Positions 14,768-29,421 of a DNA stretch of 64,000 nucleotides are shown here, one piece after another. Numbering within the stretch: position 1 is the first letter of the stretch; each line of letters opens with the position of its first letter. The translations under genes were made by a program, and so were the position numbers. A model generated the notes under the pieces. That model had not been told where the DNA came from, made no database searches, and was given only the letters and a program-made list of their open reading frames with translations. Source of the stretch: Octopus vulgaris (lineage: Eukaryota); assembly GCA_951406725.2 (NCBI GenBank), contig OX597826.1, positions 50,654,001 through 50,718,000 on the forward strand, written 5' to 3'.

Positions 14768-15000
14768 AAGGCAGCGAGCTGGCAGAAATGTTAGCATGCC
14801 GGGCGAAATTATTTGTGATATTTCATCTGCCGTTATGCTCTGAGTTCAAGTTCCACTGAGGTCGACTTTGCCTTTCATCCTTTTGGGATCGATAAATTAA
14901 GTACCAGTTTCGCACTAGGGTCGATGTAATCGACTTAATCCCTCTATCTGTCCTTGTTTGTCCCTTCTATGTTTAGCCCCTTGTGGGCAATAAAGAAATA
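14768..15000 (+). mobile_element. tRNA-derived SINE (GGCGGCGAGCTGGCAGAA family) with TSD
   Basis: A/B-box-like head (TGGCAGAA..GAGTTCAA); direct repeat AAGTATTCAATATCAA on both sides. Confidence 0.8.
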
Positions 15001-15062
15001 AGTATTCAATATCAAAGTTTTCTCTCTGTATATATTGATAACATATATTTTCTTTTTCTCAG

Positions 15063-15257
15063 ACTAAACAAGGAATGCGTCAGATATTACCAGCACCAGG
15101 TAAACCAGACTGCGGAGAGTTGAAATACTTGGACTTAAGACTTGACGACACTGCTGAGACCCCAAGTGGACCTCCTCCTTCTTGTGAATATCGGGAGATA
15201 GACTTTGTAAAGACCAATGCTTTGAGAAATGTAAAAAATGCCAGGGTGCTGGAATAA
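15063..15257 (+). CDS. Terminal coding exon of GAB/Daughter-of-sevenless family docking protein
   Basis: TTTTCTCAG acceptor, TAA stop; TKQGMRQILPAPGKPDCGELKYLDLRL...CEYREIDFVKTNALRNVKNARVLE contains the tandem SHP2-binding tyrosines (YLDL as in GAB1; YxxxDFVKTxA as in Drosophila DOS). Confidence 0.85.
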   Translation, partial: TKQGMRQILPAPGKPDCGELKYLDLRLDDTAETPSGPPPSCEYREIDFVKTNALRNVKNARVLE

Positions 15258-15394
15258 CGATGATGGAATTTAATAAAAAAAAAAAAGGGGGGAACAGAAA
15301 AGCAAAAAAAAAAAAAAAGACAATTGCTGTAGGGTCCTTCAACTGTCATATTTTTAAATGTATATATACATATGTATATGTGTATGTATGTGTG

Positions 15395-15427
<33 letters not shown>

Positions 15428-16259
15428 AACTACAGCTGTTAATTGCAGTCGAGGATGACTTGGTAGCATTTCCTATACTTTTGCTAATGGTTTTAGGCCC
15501 ATGTAGTTGCAATAATGTATATACAGATACACATATATAAATATATATATACATACATATGCACACGCACATACAATCATTCATAGAATTATGTATATAT
15601 ACACAATCACACACATGTATTTATACATACTTTTATGTATATATACAAATATATATGCACATGCATACACAGATTTATACATACATTCATGTATATATAT
15701 ATATATATAGAAACACACACACACACACACACACATGTATACAGATATACATACTTCAGATTACTTCAATGAGAGGAAAAAAAATATTCCTTTTTTATCA
15801 TAAAAACCAAAAAAAAAAAAACAAGCAACAAAAATTATCCCACCGAAAAAAGAGGGGAGAAGCTCAGAAGTGAAACTTTTTTTGTATATTTTCCAAAAAA
15901 AAAAGAAAAAAGAGAAAGAAAAGTCATTCTTGATTGAGGACAAGAGAAATAAAGAACATGGTATTATTAATGATAATAATAATGATAATAATAATAATAA
16001 TATCCTTTTTACACTTTCTTTACATGTTGCTGTTTTATTATTCCTTTTCCTACACTATCATCACATCTATTTGTAAAAGAAAAACAGACAAATATTTTTT
16101 TGTTTTGAAATTCCAAGAAATGAATAATTGTCCAATTCCAACTTTGTGATGGTAAATCTTCAACTGACATTTTTTTTTTTTTTCCCCATCTTAATTTTCA
16201 GCCAATCCAGTCCACCCCAACAATAACAACTAAATATAAGAACATGCATTCTATTTCTG

Positions 16260-16295
<36 letters not shown>

Positions 16296-17390
16296 CCTTG
16301 TTTTTGTTATTTTTTAATGAGTGTATGTCTGTGTGAGAAAAGTGATGAGGGTTTTTAGTGGGGGTGCAGTGATCGATTCATTAATGTGTGTGTATTTACA
16401 CGTATATAGATAGACACGTATAATGAAGTATTTAATATTCACGTATATCTGTGTGTGTGTGTGTGTGTACATGTAAAAGGTCTTTTGGTGTGTGTGTTTG
16501 TATGTATATATATGTGTGTGTGTGTATATATATATATATATACACATACACACATACACACACACTTAAATTTACAAGTATAGATTTATACACCATCCAA
16601 CACATACGTCCTTACACAATTACCCACATACATCCAAGTTTTTCAGAATTATTTTTTATCAAAACCAGCATCATTGTTATCATCATCAGCAGCATCACCA
16701 CTTATAATTGTCAGTATCTGTTCCTGTTTCTGAGTTCAAATCCTGCCTAGGTGAACTTTACCTTTCAACTCTGCTAGGTCGATAAAATAAACTACCCTGA
16801 AAATTACTAAATTTAAAAAGAATCATTATTTTTAGCTTGTCTGTGGATGGCAGAATTGTGCTGGTTGTTTTGTTGCAACACTTTATTTTTTTTAAGTTCA
16901 AATTCCACTAAGACCAATTTTGTCTTTCATCCTTTCAGGATTGATAAAAATTATTTAAAAAAACAAAAAAAAAACAATATTCTGAGGTTAATGAAGTTGA
17001 CTTCTACCTATTTTTTTTTCTTTAGAAATCTACCATTTAAAAGAAAAAAAAGCAAGCTTCTTACCACACATCCACACCTGTACTATATGAAAGTTATTAT
17101 TTTTTTTTTTAAATTAGAACGATTTTGTTTTTTAATTGGAAGCTAATTAAAGTTAGGAAGTTTAGGAGTATACAAATATATATGGTTTACATTTAAAAGC
17201 ATTAGTTGTTTCACTTTCTGCAAATTTAAAAGGCTGAAAAGTATGTCTTGACAAATTCCATTGGGCCTGTGCAAGCGATGGCAAAATGGGAATTAGAACA
17301 ATGATGAGTAGGAGGAGGAAAATGTAATTTAAAATGCAAATGAAATATATTTAAATATTTACTTCATATATAAGTGAAATATATTTTTGC

Positions 17391-17435
<45 letters not shown>

Positions 17436-17438
17436 ATA

Positions 17439-17690
17439 TGGAGGCACGTGGCTTCGTGGTTAGGGTGTCAGTATCATGATCGTAAGATTGTGGTTTCGAT
17501 TCCTGGACCGGGCGACACGTTGTGTTCTTGAGCAAAACACTTCATTTCATGTTGCTCCAGTCCACTCAGCTGGCAAAAACGAGTAACGCTGCGATGGACT
17601 GACATCCCGTCCAGCTGGAGAACACATACGCTATTGAAACTGGGAAAATGGGCCCATGAGCCTGGTTAGGCTTTAAAAAAGCTCATTTAT
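17439..17690 (+). mobile_element. tRNA-derived SINE (GGAGGCGCGTGGCTTAGTGG family)
   Basis: A box TGGCTTCGTGG, B box GTTTCGATTCC; near-identical copy at 54205-54455. Confidence 0.8.
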
Positions 17691-18302
17691 TTTTTTTTTA
17701 TATATATATATAAATTAAGTTTTGCAACTTTAAATCACATTTTCCTTCACTTGCTTCAGTCGTAATGATGTGACCATGTTGGGGATTTTTGGTCAATCAT
17801 ATTGACCCCTATACTTGTTCTATCTTTTTGCCAAATCACTAAGTTATGACAGCATAAACAAGCCTACACTATTTGTGAAACAATGGGAGACAAACACACA
17901 CATGCATATACATCTTAATTAGTGAATGACGAAAAGCTTTGTTAATGAAAATGATCACGTGACTCCCTTTTTTTGTCATTAAATAATTGATATTATGCTC
18001 TGTACTGCCCTAACACTTTACTCTAAAGCATAAGTATACTGAATTCTAACAACTGGTTATTAGTATCCGCTATCCCTAAGCAAATTCATACTATATGTAT
18101 ATATAATACACACACACACACACACATATATATTATAAATTAAATTAGAGATAAAACCACTATTATGCAACTCAAACAGTGATAGACATAAACCAAAACA
18201 TAAATAACAAATAATATATATTTTTATAAAACATATAACTTATAACTAGATCTCAAAAAGTATAAAAATGAATGATCAATATATAATATAGTAAGTAAAA
18301 AA

Positions 18303-18403
18303 AAACTACGAACGTTTCATAGCTACAATTAAATTTTAATTATAATTAAGTTTAAATTCAATTGAAATAAATTCAATTTAAAATTATAGTCAATCTTCAG
18401 GTT
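18303..18403 (-). ncRNA. Minimal type I hammerhead-ribozyme-like motif in an AT-rich, possibly Penelope-derived repeat
   Basis: Minus strand: AAC-CUGAAGA-UUGACUAUAAU...AUUGUAGCUAU-GAAA-C-GUUC-G-UA-GUU; helix II has mismatches including the first pair. Confidence 0.45.
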
Positions 18404-20013
18404 AATGATAATAGTTACATAAATAAGCAAATATAGTTAAACAATATTTATTTAAAAAATAAATAAAATAATAATTTTTCTTATAGAAAAAAACTCCATT
18501 AACTAAATTAGAAACTTAAAGCATTGGCTTCCACACAATTTCTATCTATTGAATCCACTTACAGACCCATAGTAGGAGATAATAGCCCAAGTTGCCACAC
18601 AATGGGACTGAACCTGAAACAACTTGGTTGTGAAGCAAACTTCTTAACCACACAACAATATCTCCCCTGGTTATTCTTAAAACATTTTTCTTTTGTGTGT
18701 GTCTAAGATTCCAAATCTCTGATATCCAGAACATAAGAATGAAAGTTTTTCTTTAAAAATAGGAATAATAAAAGAAAGAAAGGGAGAATTTAAAGAATCC
18801 ATGCTAAATCCATGAAGGGGTTAATCAATCTCTTTTATTCTTCCCCAAAATGTGTTACTTTGTGTCAATTAGGATTGTTGGCAAAAATGGTAAACTGTTA
18901 CAACTTTTTTTTCTGGTTTTCTAATTGTTTTCTTATAGTTTTGTGAGGAAACTGGAGAGCATCTATCCATGACACTGCTTCTGTATTGCTTTTCAGGGCT
19001 TACTAGAATGCCCTGAATGTAATAAGGGTGGAGTCTGTTGAATGTATCCAATGATTAGGTGGTGGTAGGTGTGAGGGTGATGGATTAAATCTACCCATGA
19101 ACAAGGGTGGGGTACAGCTTCCATTTACTCAATTTCACTTTCGCACCAATCAAATCACAGTCAAATCTCTCACAAATCACATTATCTGTGAGAAAAGAAA
19201 GACATGTTAATGTAATTCTGTTACACCCCAAAAAAGATGGCATGGTCACTGGTGGACAGCCTTTGACCATAAATTTTGCTCAGTCAGGATTAACCTCAGG
19301 TTAACAATCCAATTCCACTTACAAGTTTACTTATGTAGAAGACATTTGTTCAAGGTGTCACACAAGACTGAATCCAAAAGCACTTGATTACATAAACTTT
19401 ATGACTCACCTGGCCCATCTCTGCACTCTTAGACATGCTTAATGAACTTGACTTTTATTTGGCATAGATTCATGACACTGGTTGAAGGCTATAAATTGTA
19501 GAGGTAACATTAATCAATCTAACATCAATCAATCACTAACGGAAACTGCTCTATCAATTCCGTTATTCACCATTCTTGCTTTTAATAGGTGCATTGACAA
19601 CATTAATGAAAAAGGTTCACTTAAACATTTCCGAAGAATTCTGACAATTCATGAACTTAAGTTGTAAGTCACTGCACTTACCGTCATCGTCATTTTATGT
19701 CCATTTTCCATGCTGGCATGGGTTGGACAAGTTGTGACAATCTGGATCAGCTCTCATTTGGAGTTTCTGCCTTCCTAGATGCATCGACATCCACATTTCA
19801 CTTATACATGTCATTTGGTAAGGTTATTATGGTTGGATCCTTCTCAACATCAATCACTTTACAGTGGACTAGGTGCATTTTATTGTAGCACCAGCACTAG
19901 AGGAGTTATCTTGCCTCTGCAATATTAAAGAGTTCTCACATCTTACATTATCTCTGTTCATTCATCAATCATTTTACAGAGTGCATTAGTGACACCAGCA
20001 TAGAGAGGTTGGT

Positions 20014-20404
20014 GACACCCATAAAATTATCAACCATCTTACAAACAATAACTCTGAGCACCTTTTCAAACTCCACCCGTCTAACACCCGTGGACATATT
20101 TACAAAGTCAGAAAACAGCACAGCTCCCATGACTTTAGGAAACATTTTTTCACGCTGAGAGTTGCTGAAGCATGGAACAAACTGCTGGCATCAGTTGTTA
20201 GTTGTCGGAGCACTGCATCCTTCAAAACTTGCATGCTTTCTGAGATTCGCCAACACTACACCTGATTTTCTCCCCTCCATACACACACAAGCATGTATCT
20301 GACTCGTACATTGTTCGCTTTCCAGACATTTGTACATTACTGCATATACTTTATATGCACTTTCTGACAAGTTGTGGTGCACCTGAGCACTGTATACAAT
20401 AATT

Positions 20405-20440
<36 letters not shown>
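20014..20440 (+). mobile_element. CR1-type LINE 3' end
   Basis: Translates HLFKLHPSNTRGHIYKVRK...FRKHFFTLRVAEAWNKL (TRGH and FFxxRVxxxWNxL motifs); (ATT)n tail. Confidence 0.8.
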
Positions 20441-20442
<2 letters not shown>

Positions 20443-21747
20443 AAGGTACCTCACTACTAAGTTATCTGTTCAATGTAGACATAATCAATAGAGTGAGTAT
20501 GAGTACAAGTATGAATACAATAGATTAGATAGTTATTAGGATTATTGAGGGAGTAATAGAAGAGAAACAGTGATAGGTAGCTTCATGTTGGATGTAGACA
20601 GGATAATGAAAGAAAGAGTAAGTTGTGTGTAGGTGGGGAGTGATGGAAGTCAACAATGATTTGAAAAACAATGATTGGTGAAACAATAACATTAAAGATG
20701 GGTGATGGTAAAAGTGTGTGGTGGGGTGGGAGAACAATGACTAACTGTCTCTCTCTTTACATAAACACCATGATGATAGAGTAATAGTTGAAAGCAACAA
20801 AAAATGGAAGTAGACAATTAACAGAAATAGCAAAATAATAATAAAAATATACATCCTAACCTCTTTCACATCTACCATTTACATGCATGTGTGTGTGTAT
20901 ATTTTTTGTTTCAGTCATTGGACAGCCATGATATGGTACATCCTTAAAGAATTTAGTTGGACAAATTGAACCCTGTACTAATTTAATTTTTGTTTAAGTA
21001 TGGTACTTATTCTGTCAGTCTCTTTTGCTGAACCACTAAGTTACAGAAAGATGAAAAGCACAGTCAACCTCAGCAGGGATTTGAAATCAGAACAAAGAGC
21101 AGGAACAAATACCACTAAGCATTTTGTCCAACATGCTAATGATTCTGCTAGCTCACTGCTTTAATAATAAGAAGAAGAATAAGCAAGGCCTGAAATTTTG
21201 TGAGGAGGGGAGCTTGGCGGATTAATAATAATAATCCTTTCTACTAAAATCACAAGGCCTGAAATTTTGTGGCAGGGAACTAGTTAATTACCCTGACACC
21301 AGTGTTTCACAGGCACTTAATTCATCGACCCTGAAAGGATGAAAGGCAAAGTCAACCTCAGTGGAATTTGAACTGCTAAGAATTTCATCTAGTGTGCTGC
21401 CTTAGTAATTATTATTATTAGTATTATTATTATTGTTATTAATAAGGGCAGTTGGTATGCAGAATCGTTACAAGTGTCGGAACAAAAAGCTTAGTGGCAT
21501 TTGTTCTAGCTCTTTCCATTCTGATTTCAAATCCCATTGAGGTCAGCTTTATCTTCCCTCCTCTTAAGGTTGATAAAATAAAGTATGAATCAAGTACGGG
21601 GAGGGATGGGGGGGGGTCAATGGTATTAACTACCTCCCTCCTTACAAACTGCTGCCTTGCACCTAAATCAGAAACAATCGTCATTATTACTGTATCAGTC
21701 AACTATCCCCTACACCAAATTTCAGGCCTTATACTTATATCAGAAAC

Positions 21748-21778
<31 letters not shown>

Positions 21779-21779
21779 G

Positions 21780-22150
21780 AGTGAGAGAGTAGTGCATGCC
21801 ATCAAAGTGAAACTGGGGTACAAATATACCAAGCCCAATATACCCATCATGACTACACATCTGATAAGGGTACACCAGGCACATGCATCACGGCCATATG
21901 TATATGACTTGGTGATCTCATATCAAGATAAATAGTGCATGACCCTGCCAGTGGGGACCAGTTAGAATTTTCTTCAGGTCAAGTAGCCCATTCCACTCAA
22001 AAGATCCCTGAACAAGGATTCTTTAAGGATGTTGAATGAAACACCCATGTTTCCAGAAATGAATTATTCAAACCATAAAGAATTCCTCTCAACACAAAGC
22101 TCTGATGCTTCCCTACTACTTCTGCTCACGATCAGAGATGCACATAATGT
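21780..22150. mobile_element. Unclassified interspersed element bounded by (ATT)n tracts
   Basis: Non-simple sequence sandwiched between two (ATT)n runs, as expected of microsatellite-targeting retroelements; class not determined. Confidence 0.4.
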
Positions 22151-24752
22151 CATCATTATTATTATTATTATTATTATTAAGGTGTCGAGCTGGGATTGAT
22201 GCAATTAACTTACCCCTTCTCCTAAAATTACTGGCCTTGTGCCAAAAATTTGAAATCATTATTACTACTACTATTGTGGTTGATGGCAGAACTGTTAGGA
22301 CACTGGATTGTGATAATTTGCTAAGTCCCTTTAGATTCTGAGTTCAAACCCCACCATAGTTCACTTTTTCTTTCATCCTTCCAAAGATCAGTATAATAAC
22401 CAATTATCAAGTATTGTGTTTGGTTGATTAAATCAGTCACATTCCGTTCCTCAAATTAGTGGTTGTGTGCCTTAATCATTATTATATTATTATTATGATT
22501 ATTACAATTAAGGTGGTGGATTGGTAGAATCATTAGTTTGGTGGTGGGTTGCATAAAAGATGAGTGGAAAAGAGGGAGATGAGGTAAAATAGGATAACAG
22601 TATACAAAATGTTGGAGTCCATCTATGAAGCAGTCCTAATACAAGAGGACCTCTAGCTAAAGCCAGTCAAGGAACTCCACAGACTCCAGGATCACCTTGA
22701 CCACTGATAGAGGAGAACCTGCACTTAAGTACAATCAAGGAACCCCACATATCCAGGATTACATTAACTACTGATAGCACAAGCCCATGCCTGACTGTTG
22801 TTCTCTAGTCTACAGGTATATGCTTAGAGTAAGTCTGGTTTCCAGTTTAGGCCCAAGACCAGCAATTCTGAGTATAGTAGGTGTAATCAAACCATCAACC
22901 CCAGTACTTCACCGGTACTAGATTTTATTAATCCCACAAAGATGAAAGGCAAAGTTGACCTCTGTGGGATTTGAACTCAGAATGGAAAGATCTGTAACTC
23001 ATCTAACAATTATGTAAGCCAATCATATCTGAAATCTGTCTCTGTCCTCAAATGAACTCCTACTTCACATAACTGAATATTCTATTTTACTCAAACAAAC
23101 AAGCCCCCTTTCATTGGTCTTAACTCTTCTATAATTTTCTCTTTATGTCTCATCAATATACAATGTTATAAAACTTCACCAAATTTCTGTAATACAACCA
23201 AATAAGTCTATGCCACTGTACCATCGAAATGGTATTTACATTTTCAGTATTTTTATAACAATTTATGGTTATGCATGTGTAGATAACACATGCACATATG
23301 ACCAAACACACACACCCAAGTTCAACTGTGGTTTTTAGTCAGAACAAGCACAGACCTATATGAAGATAGTGAAGGTGTATAAAATAGTTTAATGAGTCAT
23401 ACTCCAAAGGTGATCTATACTCTGCACATAGATACACAGACATTCACATACATGTATCTATAAGGGTGTGTGGGTGAGCATATGTGTGTGGGTGTCATGC
23501 TGATAAAGTATCTTTGTAAAAATTAATTACATATGAGCAAAGGCTTATACAAAGAATAATGCATATGAGCATACAAATATATGAAAGTGTGTGTGTAAGC
23601 ATAACCTATGTGTAAATATATGTAATTACAAGTAAATGAATAATTGTATGATATAAGTGTCTATTGAATGCTTGTGCACAACCCTGGCAACATATACACA
23701 CTGGATTCTTTGACCAAATATACAGGAGCTGATTTCATTGTATAATATGTTGTTACCTGAATAGTGATTAACTGTTTGTAATATATGAGAGAAGTGCTCT
23801 TGTAAAACCATTTTCTTCATATTTCCTCCACACATCTTATATTGTGTTACTCTCTCAAGAAATATGTATTTTCTCTCACAACTCTCTCTCTCTCTCTCCT
23901 TCCTTCTTTTTTTTCCTTTCTCACACACATACATTCTCTTGTTAGTTTCCCAATGTGATATTGGAGAGATACATGTAGCTAGTCATGCAAAATGTGATCA
24001 GCTCTGTTGAATGAGCATCAAAGACTATGGCGATTCCAGATAAAGGGTCAGCAAAGCCGGTGTGAACAACAAAACTCTACACTAAATGCAATAAAGTACT
24101 TAGTTTCAAGTCCCAGACTTGCAGTGATCAACTTTACTTTTGTATCCTACCAAGGTGGATAGCTTAAGTAAAAGTAATGATGTACCAGGAGTCAATTCAG
24201 ACATCATCCCTTCATCATCATCATCATCATCATCATTTAGTGGCTGTTTTCAATGCTGGCATGGGTTAGACAGTTTGACTAGAACTGGTAAGCTGGAGAG
24301 CTGTACTAGGCTCCAGTCTGGTTTGGTACGATTTCCACAGCTGGATGTCCCTCTTAATGCCAACTACACCCAGAGTATAGTGGGTACCATTTACATATCA
24401 CTAGCACAGTTGCTTTTTACATGCCACCAGCACACACACACATACACATATGACAAGTTTCTTTCGCAGTTTCTATCCCTTGTTTCATTGAAAATTTAAT
24501 CTTTTGCTTAAATAAAAATGTAATTTTATTATATCAGAGGTTTAAGAGATAGAAAAAGTAACCTCTTTGACTAGGTCCTTAAATCTTTAGATACCAACCT
24601 GCCTGGGAAAGCCCTTGGTTCTTTGATACAAACTCTGTCTTAAAGTAATCTAAATTAAATTCTCTGTAAGCCTAGTACTTATTCTATCGGTCCTTTTTGC
24701 CGAACCGCTAAGTTACAGGGACAAACACAAACACATAAACACACACACACAT

Positions 24753-24800
<48 letters not shown>

Positions 24801-27800
24801 TATATACAACAGGCTTCTTTCAGTTTCCGTCTGCCAAATCCACTCACAAGGCTTTGGTCGGCCCGAGGCTATAGAAGAAGACACTTGTGCAAGGTGCCAC
24901 ACAGTGGGAATGAATCTGGAACCATGTGGTTGGTAAGCAAGCTATTTACCACACAGCCACTCAAAATTAAATAAATGTAGAATATATATAAACAGAAATA
25001 TGGTAACAAAATGGCTTAATTTGTAGGGCATCTATTGCTCATTTAAAACCCTACCAAAAGAAAAGTTCACTTTTCTTTTAAACATGATGCTTTCTTTGTG
25101 AAGATGGGTAACCCATAAAAAGTTTTCCCTTATAACCTTAACATCTATATATATATGTTATTTCTACCAGATGAAAAAATATGTCCTATACAATTCTTCC
25201 ATGTTTAGTTTCCTCACATGTCTGTGTGATTTATTCAGAATTTTATAATTTATGAATGTGCTAGAAATTATGAAGTACTGACATATACATTATAATCGTT
25301 TTAATGACTACTTTTCCATGCTTGCATAGATCAGACAATTTATTGATGTGGAATTTCTATGGAGCTGGATGTCCTCCCTGTCACCAACTCTTAGGTAATA
25401 TTTTCCTCATGTCCAGACATGTTTTCATGGAAGATCGGAAATGAATGACACCACTTGCATAACAGTGACACTTGTTTACAACCACCATGCAATGTCAAGG
25501 TAAGGAGACAGTAATACACATACAAGCACGCGCACACACACACACACAACAGGCTTCTTTCAGTTTCCATCTACCAAATCCACTCGCAAAACTTTTGTTG
25601 GCCTGGGGTACTATAGTACAAGACACCTGCCCAAAGTGCCATGCAGTGAGATTGAACCCAAAACTATACATTTAGGAAGCAAATGTTTTACCATATATAT
25701 ATATCATCATCATGGGTTGAGACAGCTTGATAGGATTCAATAAGAGGATGACATCTAGTGTCTCAGTTTTGGCATAGTTTCTATGGTTGGATGCTCATCT
25801 TAACAATAACCACTTTACAGAATTTATTAGGGGGGTTTTCCTATAGTACCATTACTATAGAGGTCGCCTTGCCATTAGCAAGTGTAAAGAACCTTCTCAA
25901 GCCCTGCCTTGTCACTACTCAATTTGGTTTAGCATATAATATACATGCAACACACCAAAATGGCCTGTCGGTAATAACAGTTTTTCTCTTAGTTCTTGCA
26001 TTATTTTCTGTTTTACATTTGATAAACGGAAGCCTTCTCCAAAATATATTAGAAGCATCAAATAAGCTACATAAGGTAATGCAAAAGCTTGTCCTTGTCT
26101 TCATTTCTTGGCATCACCTTACATATTTTACTTAATTTCTCACCTGCATTGCTAAAGTATTTTTTCAAACAGTTATACCAGTTATACCATTTACACACAC
26201 ACACACAAGATGTAGTTGTGTGGCCAAGAAGCTTGCTTCCCAATTGCAAGGTCTCAGGTATAGTCACATTGCATGGCACATTGGGCAAGTATTTTCTACT
26301 ATAACCCCAAGTCAACAGAAACTGAAGCTTGTCATATGTGTGTGCATACTCTTGTTGTCATGTCATGTGATGGTTGTAAATGAACATCACCATCATACAA
26401 GCATCGTTGTTCATTTCCTGTCTTCTGTGAAAGCATATGTGGTCATGGGAAAATATTAACTTGCTTGGCAAGATGTGAGGGTTGACGATAGGAAGGGCAT
26501 TTGGCCATAGAAAATCTGCCTCAACAAATTCCTTCTGACCCAAGCAAGTATGGAAAAGTGGACACCAAATGATGATGATGGTGTGTTGAAAATCTTGAAG
26601 AATTATATGGAATTACTGTATTGATTTAGATAAGTATTAATATGGATAAGAAAACCCCGTGATATGATTTATGGAAAAGATCATGTTTTCTCCTCACTCT
26701 CCATGTATAAATAAGAATTTATATATTTGTAAAGATTAATTAATAAATGTTCTTAAATTCAATAATTAACAAGTCAAATACATTGAAATAGTGACTCAGT
26801 ATTGAAATATGTATTAATTAATGTAAATTATTATTAATTAGTGGATGACTGTTACTTCAGCATTTTAAAATTAATTGTTCCAAATTTATTACTATGTGGC
26901 TTTCTTACATTTATTAAATTATACATAATTAACAATGCTAACATAGGATGGTTGTGTCCTCTGTGTGATTACGTGGCCTGTGAGAAACAACAGCTAAATC
27001 TCTCTCAATTTACATTTTACTGTTTTGGAAAAGAAACAAATATATGGTGTGGCAGAAAAACCTCCAATATTTTAGTCAGCCATTGGTGTGGCACTAGTGA
27101 AGTTAGGTAGCTGGTAATAGTGTCTTTGTGTAGCTAATGCTTAACCATTTTCTTTTAGTTACCATCATGGTTTGATTTGGTGCATATCATATGTTTCCTG
27201 TTGAAACACTTGTCAACCTCTAAAATATGCAAGGTTTTTATGACACACCCTGCATATCCAAGATACATTTTGCTTTGAACAAAAACTGAATAAAAGTTGA
27301 TCACAGCTTGCATTTATTTGAATAATATGTCTTTATAACCAGATATGAGCCAGAGTTTAACTACAACAACAATAGCACTCTAGCTCATGCATTCTGAGTT
27401 CAAATTCTGTTAAGGTAATCTTTGACATTCATCTCTCTGTCATGAGTAAAATAAAGTACCAAATCAAGTACTGAGGTTAGCATAATTGCATATTCCTCTT
27501 CTTGTCACAATTTCAGGCCTTGTGCCATGGAAACAAAGGTGGCAAGTTGACAGAATCATTTGCCAAGGAAAAATACTTAGCAGCATTCTTCTGGCTCTTT
27601 ATGTACATAAGTTCAAATCCTGCCTAGGTCTACATTATCTGTCATCCTTTAGGGTTGATATAATCAATACCAGCTGAACATTGAAGTCGATGTAATTGAC
27701 ATTTCCCTCTCATTAAAATTCCTGGCCTTGTACCAAAATTAGAAAATTATTACTATTTAACTGTATTTGATCAAGGTTAATATGGAGGGGGATATAATAG

Positions 27801-29366
27801 CACCCTCCACACACACACATACGCAAATTGGCAAACAGAGGAATTATTTGACAGAATTGTTAGAACCATATTTCTTTCTCTTCTTAAGATTCTGAGTTCA
27901 AATTTCACTGAGGTCAAATTTACCTTTCATTCTTCTGGGGGTCAATAAAGTCCCAGTCAGGTACTGGGATTGTTTTAATCAACTAGTCCTTTTCCCCACA
28001 TTTCTGGCATTTTGCCTATGTTACCAACAATCATTATCATTTAACAAAAAAAAAAAAGAAATCATCATCATAATTATTACTGTGATGTACCCTCACCATC
28101 ATTGTCCTAATTATTATTATTATTGTTAAGGTGGCAAACGGTCAGAATTGTTAGCACACTGGATGAAATGCTCAGTGGTGTTCCACCTGTCGCTACATTC
28201 TGAGGTCAACTTTGCTTTTCATCCTTTCAGGGTTGATAAATTAAGTACCAGTCAAGTACTAGGGTTGATGTAATTGACTATCCCCTCCCCCAAATTTCAG
28301 GCCCTGTGTCTATAATAGAAAGGATTATTATTATTATTGTTATGTACCCTCACCCTGTTATTGCCATTATCATCATCGTTATTATTATTATTATTAAGGT
28401 AGTGAGTTGGCAGAATTGTTAGCACTTCATGCTAAGTGCTTAGTAGCATTTTTTTCTATGTTTTAAGTTCAAATCCCACCAAGGTCAACTTTGCTTTTCA
28501 TCCTTTTGGGGGTCAATGTAATCAGCTTGCTCCATCCCCTCAAAACTACTGGTTTTGTGCTAAAATCATCATCATCATCATCTTCAACATCATCATCATG
28601 TTATCCCTCTACATTCTCTGAAAAATTGCAGAAGTACAAAAACAATAGTCAGCTAATATGAATTCCATCCATGCCCTTCCTTCCAAATGACAACAGCTTA
28701 AAACATTTAAGTATGTTAAACCAAACCATTGGCTCACCATACCTTATTATATATTACTGCTTTAATTTTACCAAGGAGAATATGGGTAGCCCAATGGTTA
28801 AGTTATATAGCTCATGATTAGAAATTCCTGGGTTCAGCTCTTTCCCTTTGAAGTTGTCACATCCTTGATATTTTGCTACATCAAGAGTGAAAATGACCAA
28901 GAGATTGTTTGGTTGCAACTACATAGGGACCTAAGACAATGAATAAAAGTATGGTAGAGGGTGCCAAACCTTACTTGTGTGTATGGCTCGATAATAGCAG
29001 TGGGCATTTGTACTCTCTCTTTTCTGTTATCTCTTTCTATTTCTTTTGTTCTTTACTTTTTCTCATATGTATTACTATCTCTCTCTATCTCTCATACTTG
29101 TTTCTTAAACTTCTTTCAGATTGTGGGGTTCTTTTTCTTTATTGTAAAGGCAGAATCATTAGAGTACTGAACAAAATGACTTGCAGTATTTCTTTTTGCC
29201 TTTCACCCCTCTGAGTTGAGAGCATAAGATACCCCAGTTAAATACTGGGTCAGTATAACTGACTGTTGTACCCTCTCCCACCCAGTTTCAGGCCCTGTGT
29301 CTAAATAAAAAATTATTGTTAGTAAACTGTTAGAGCATTCCAAAAAAAAGAGAAAGCCATTGCACA

Positions 29367-29421
<55 letters not shown>

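Noticed and set aside
17439-17520. tRNA gene
   Set aside because: The tRNA-like head continues into a SINE body repeated at 54205; no complete cloverleaf.
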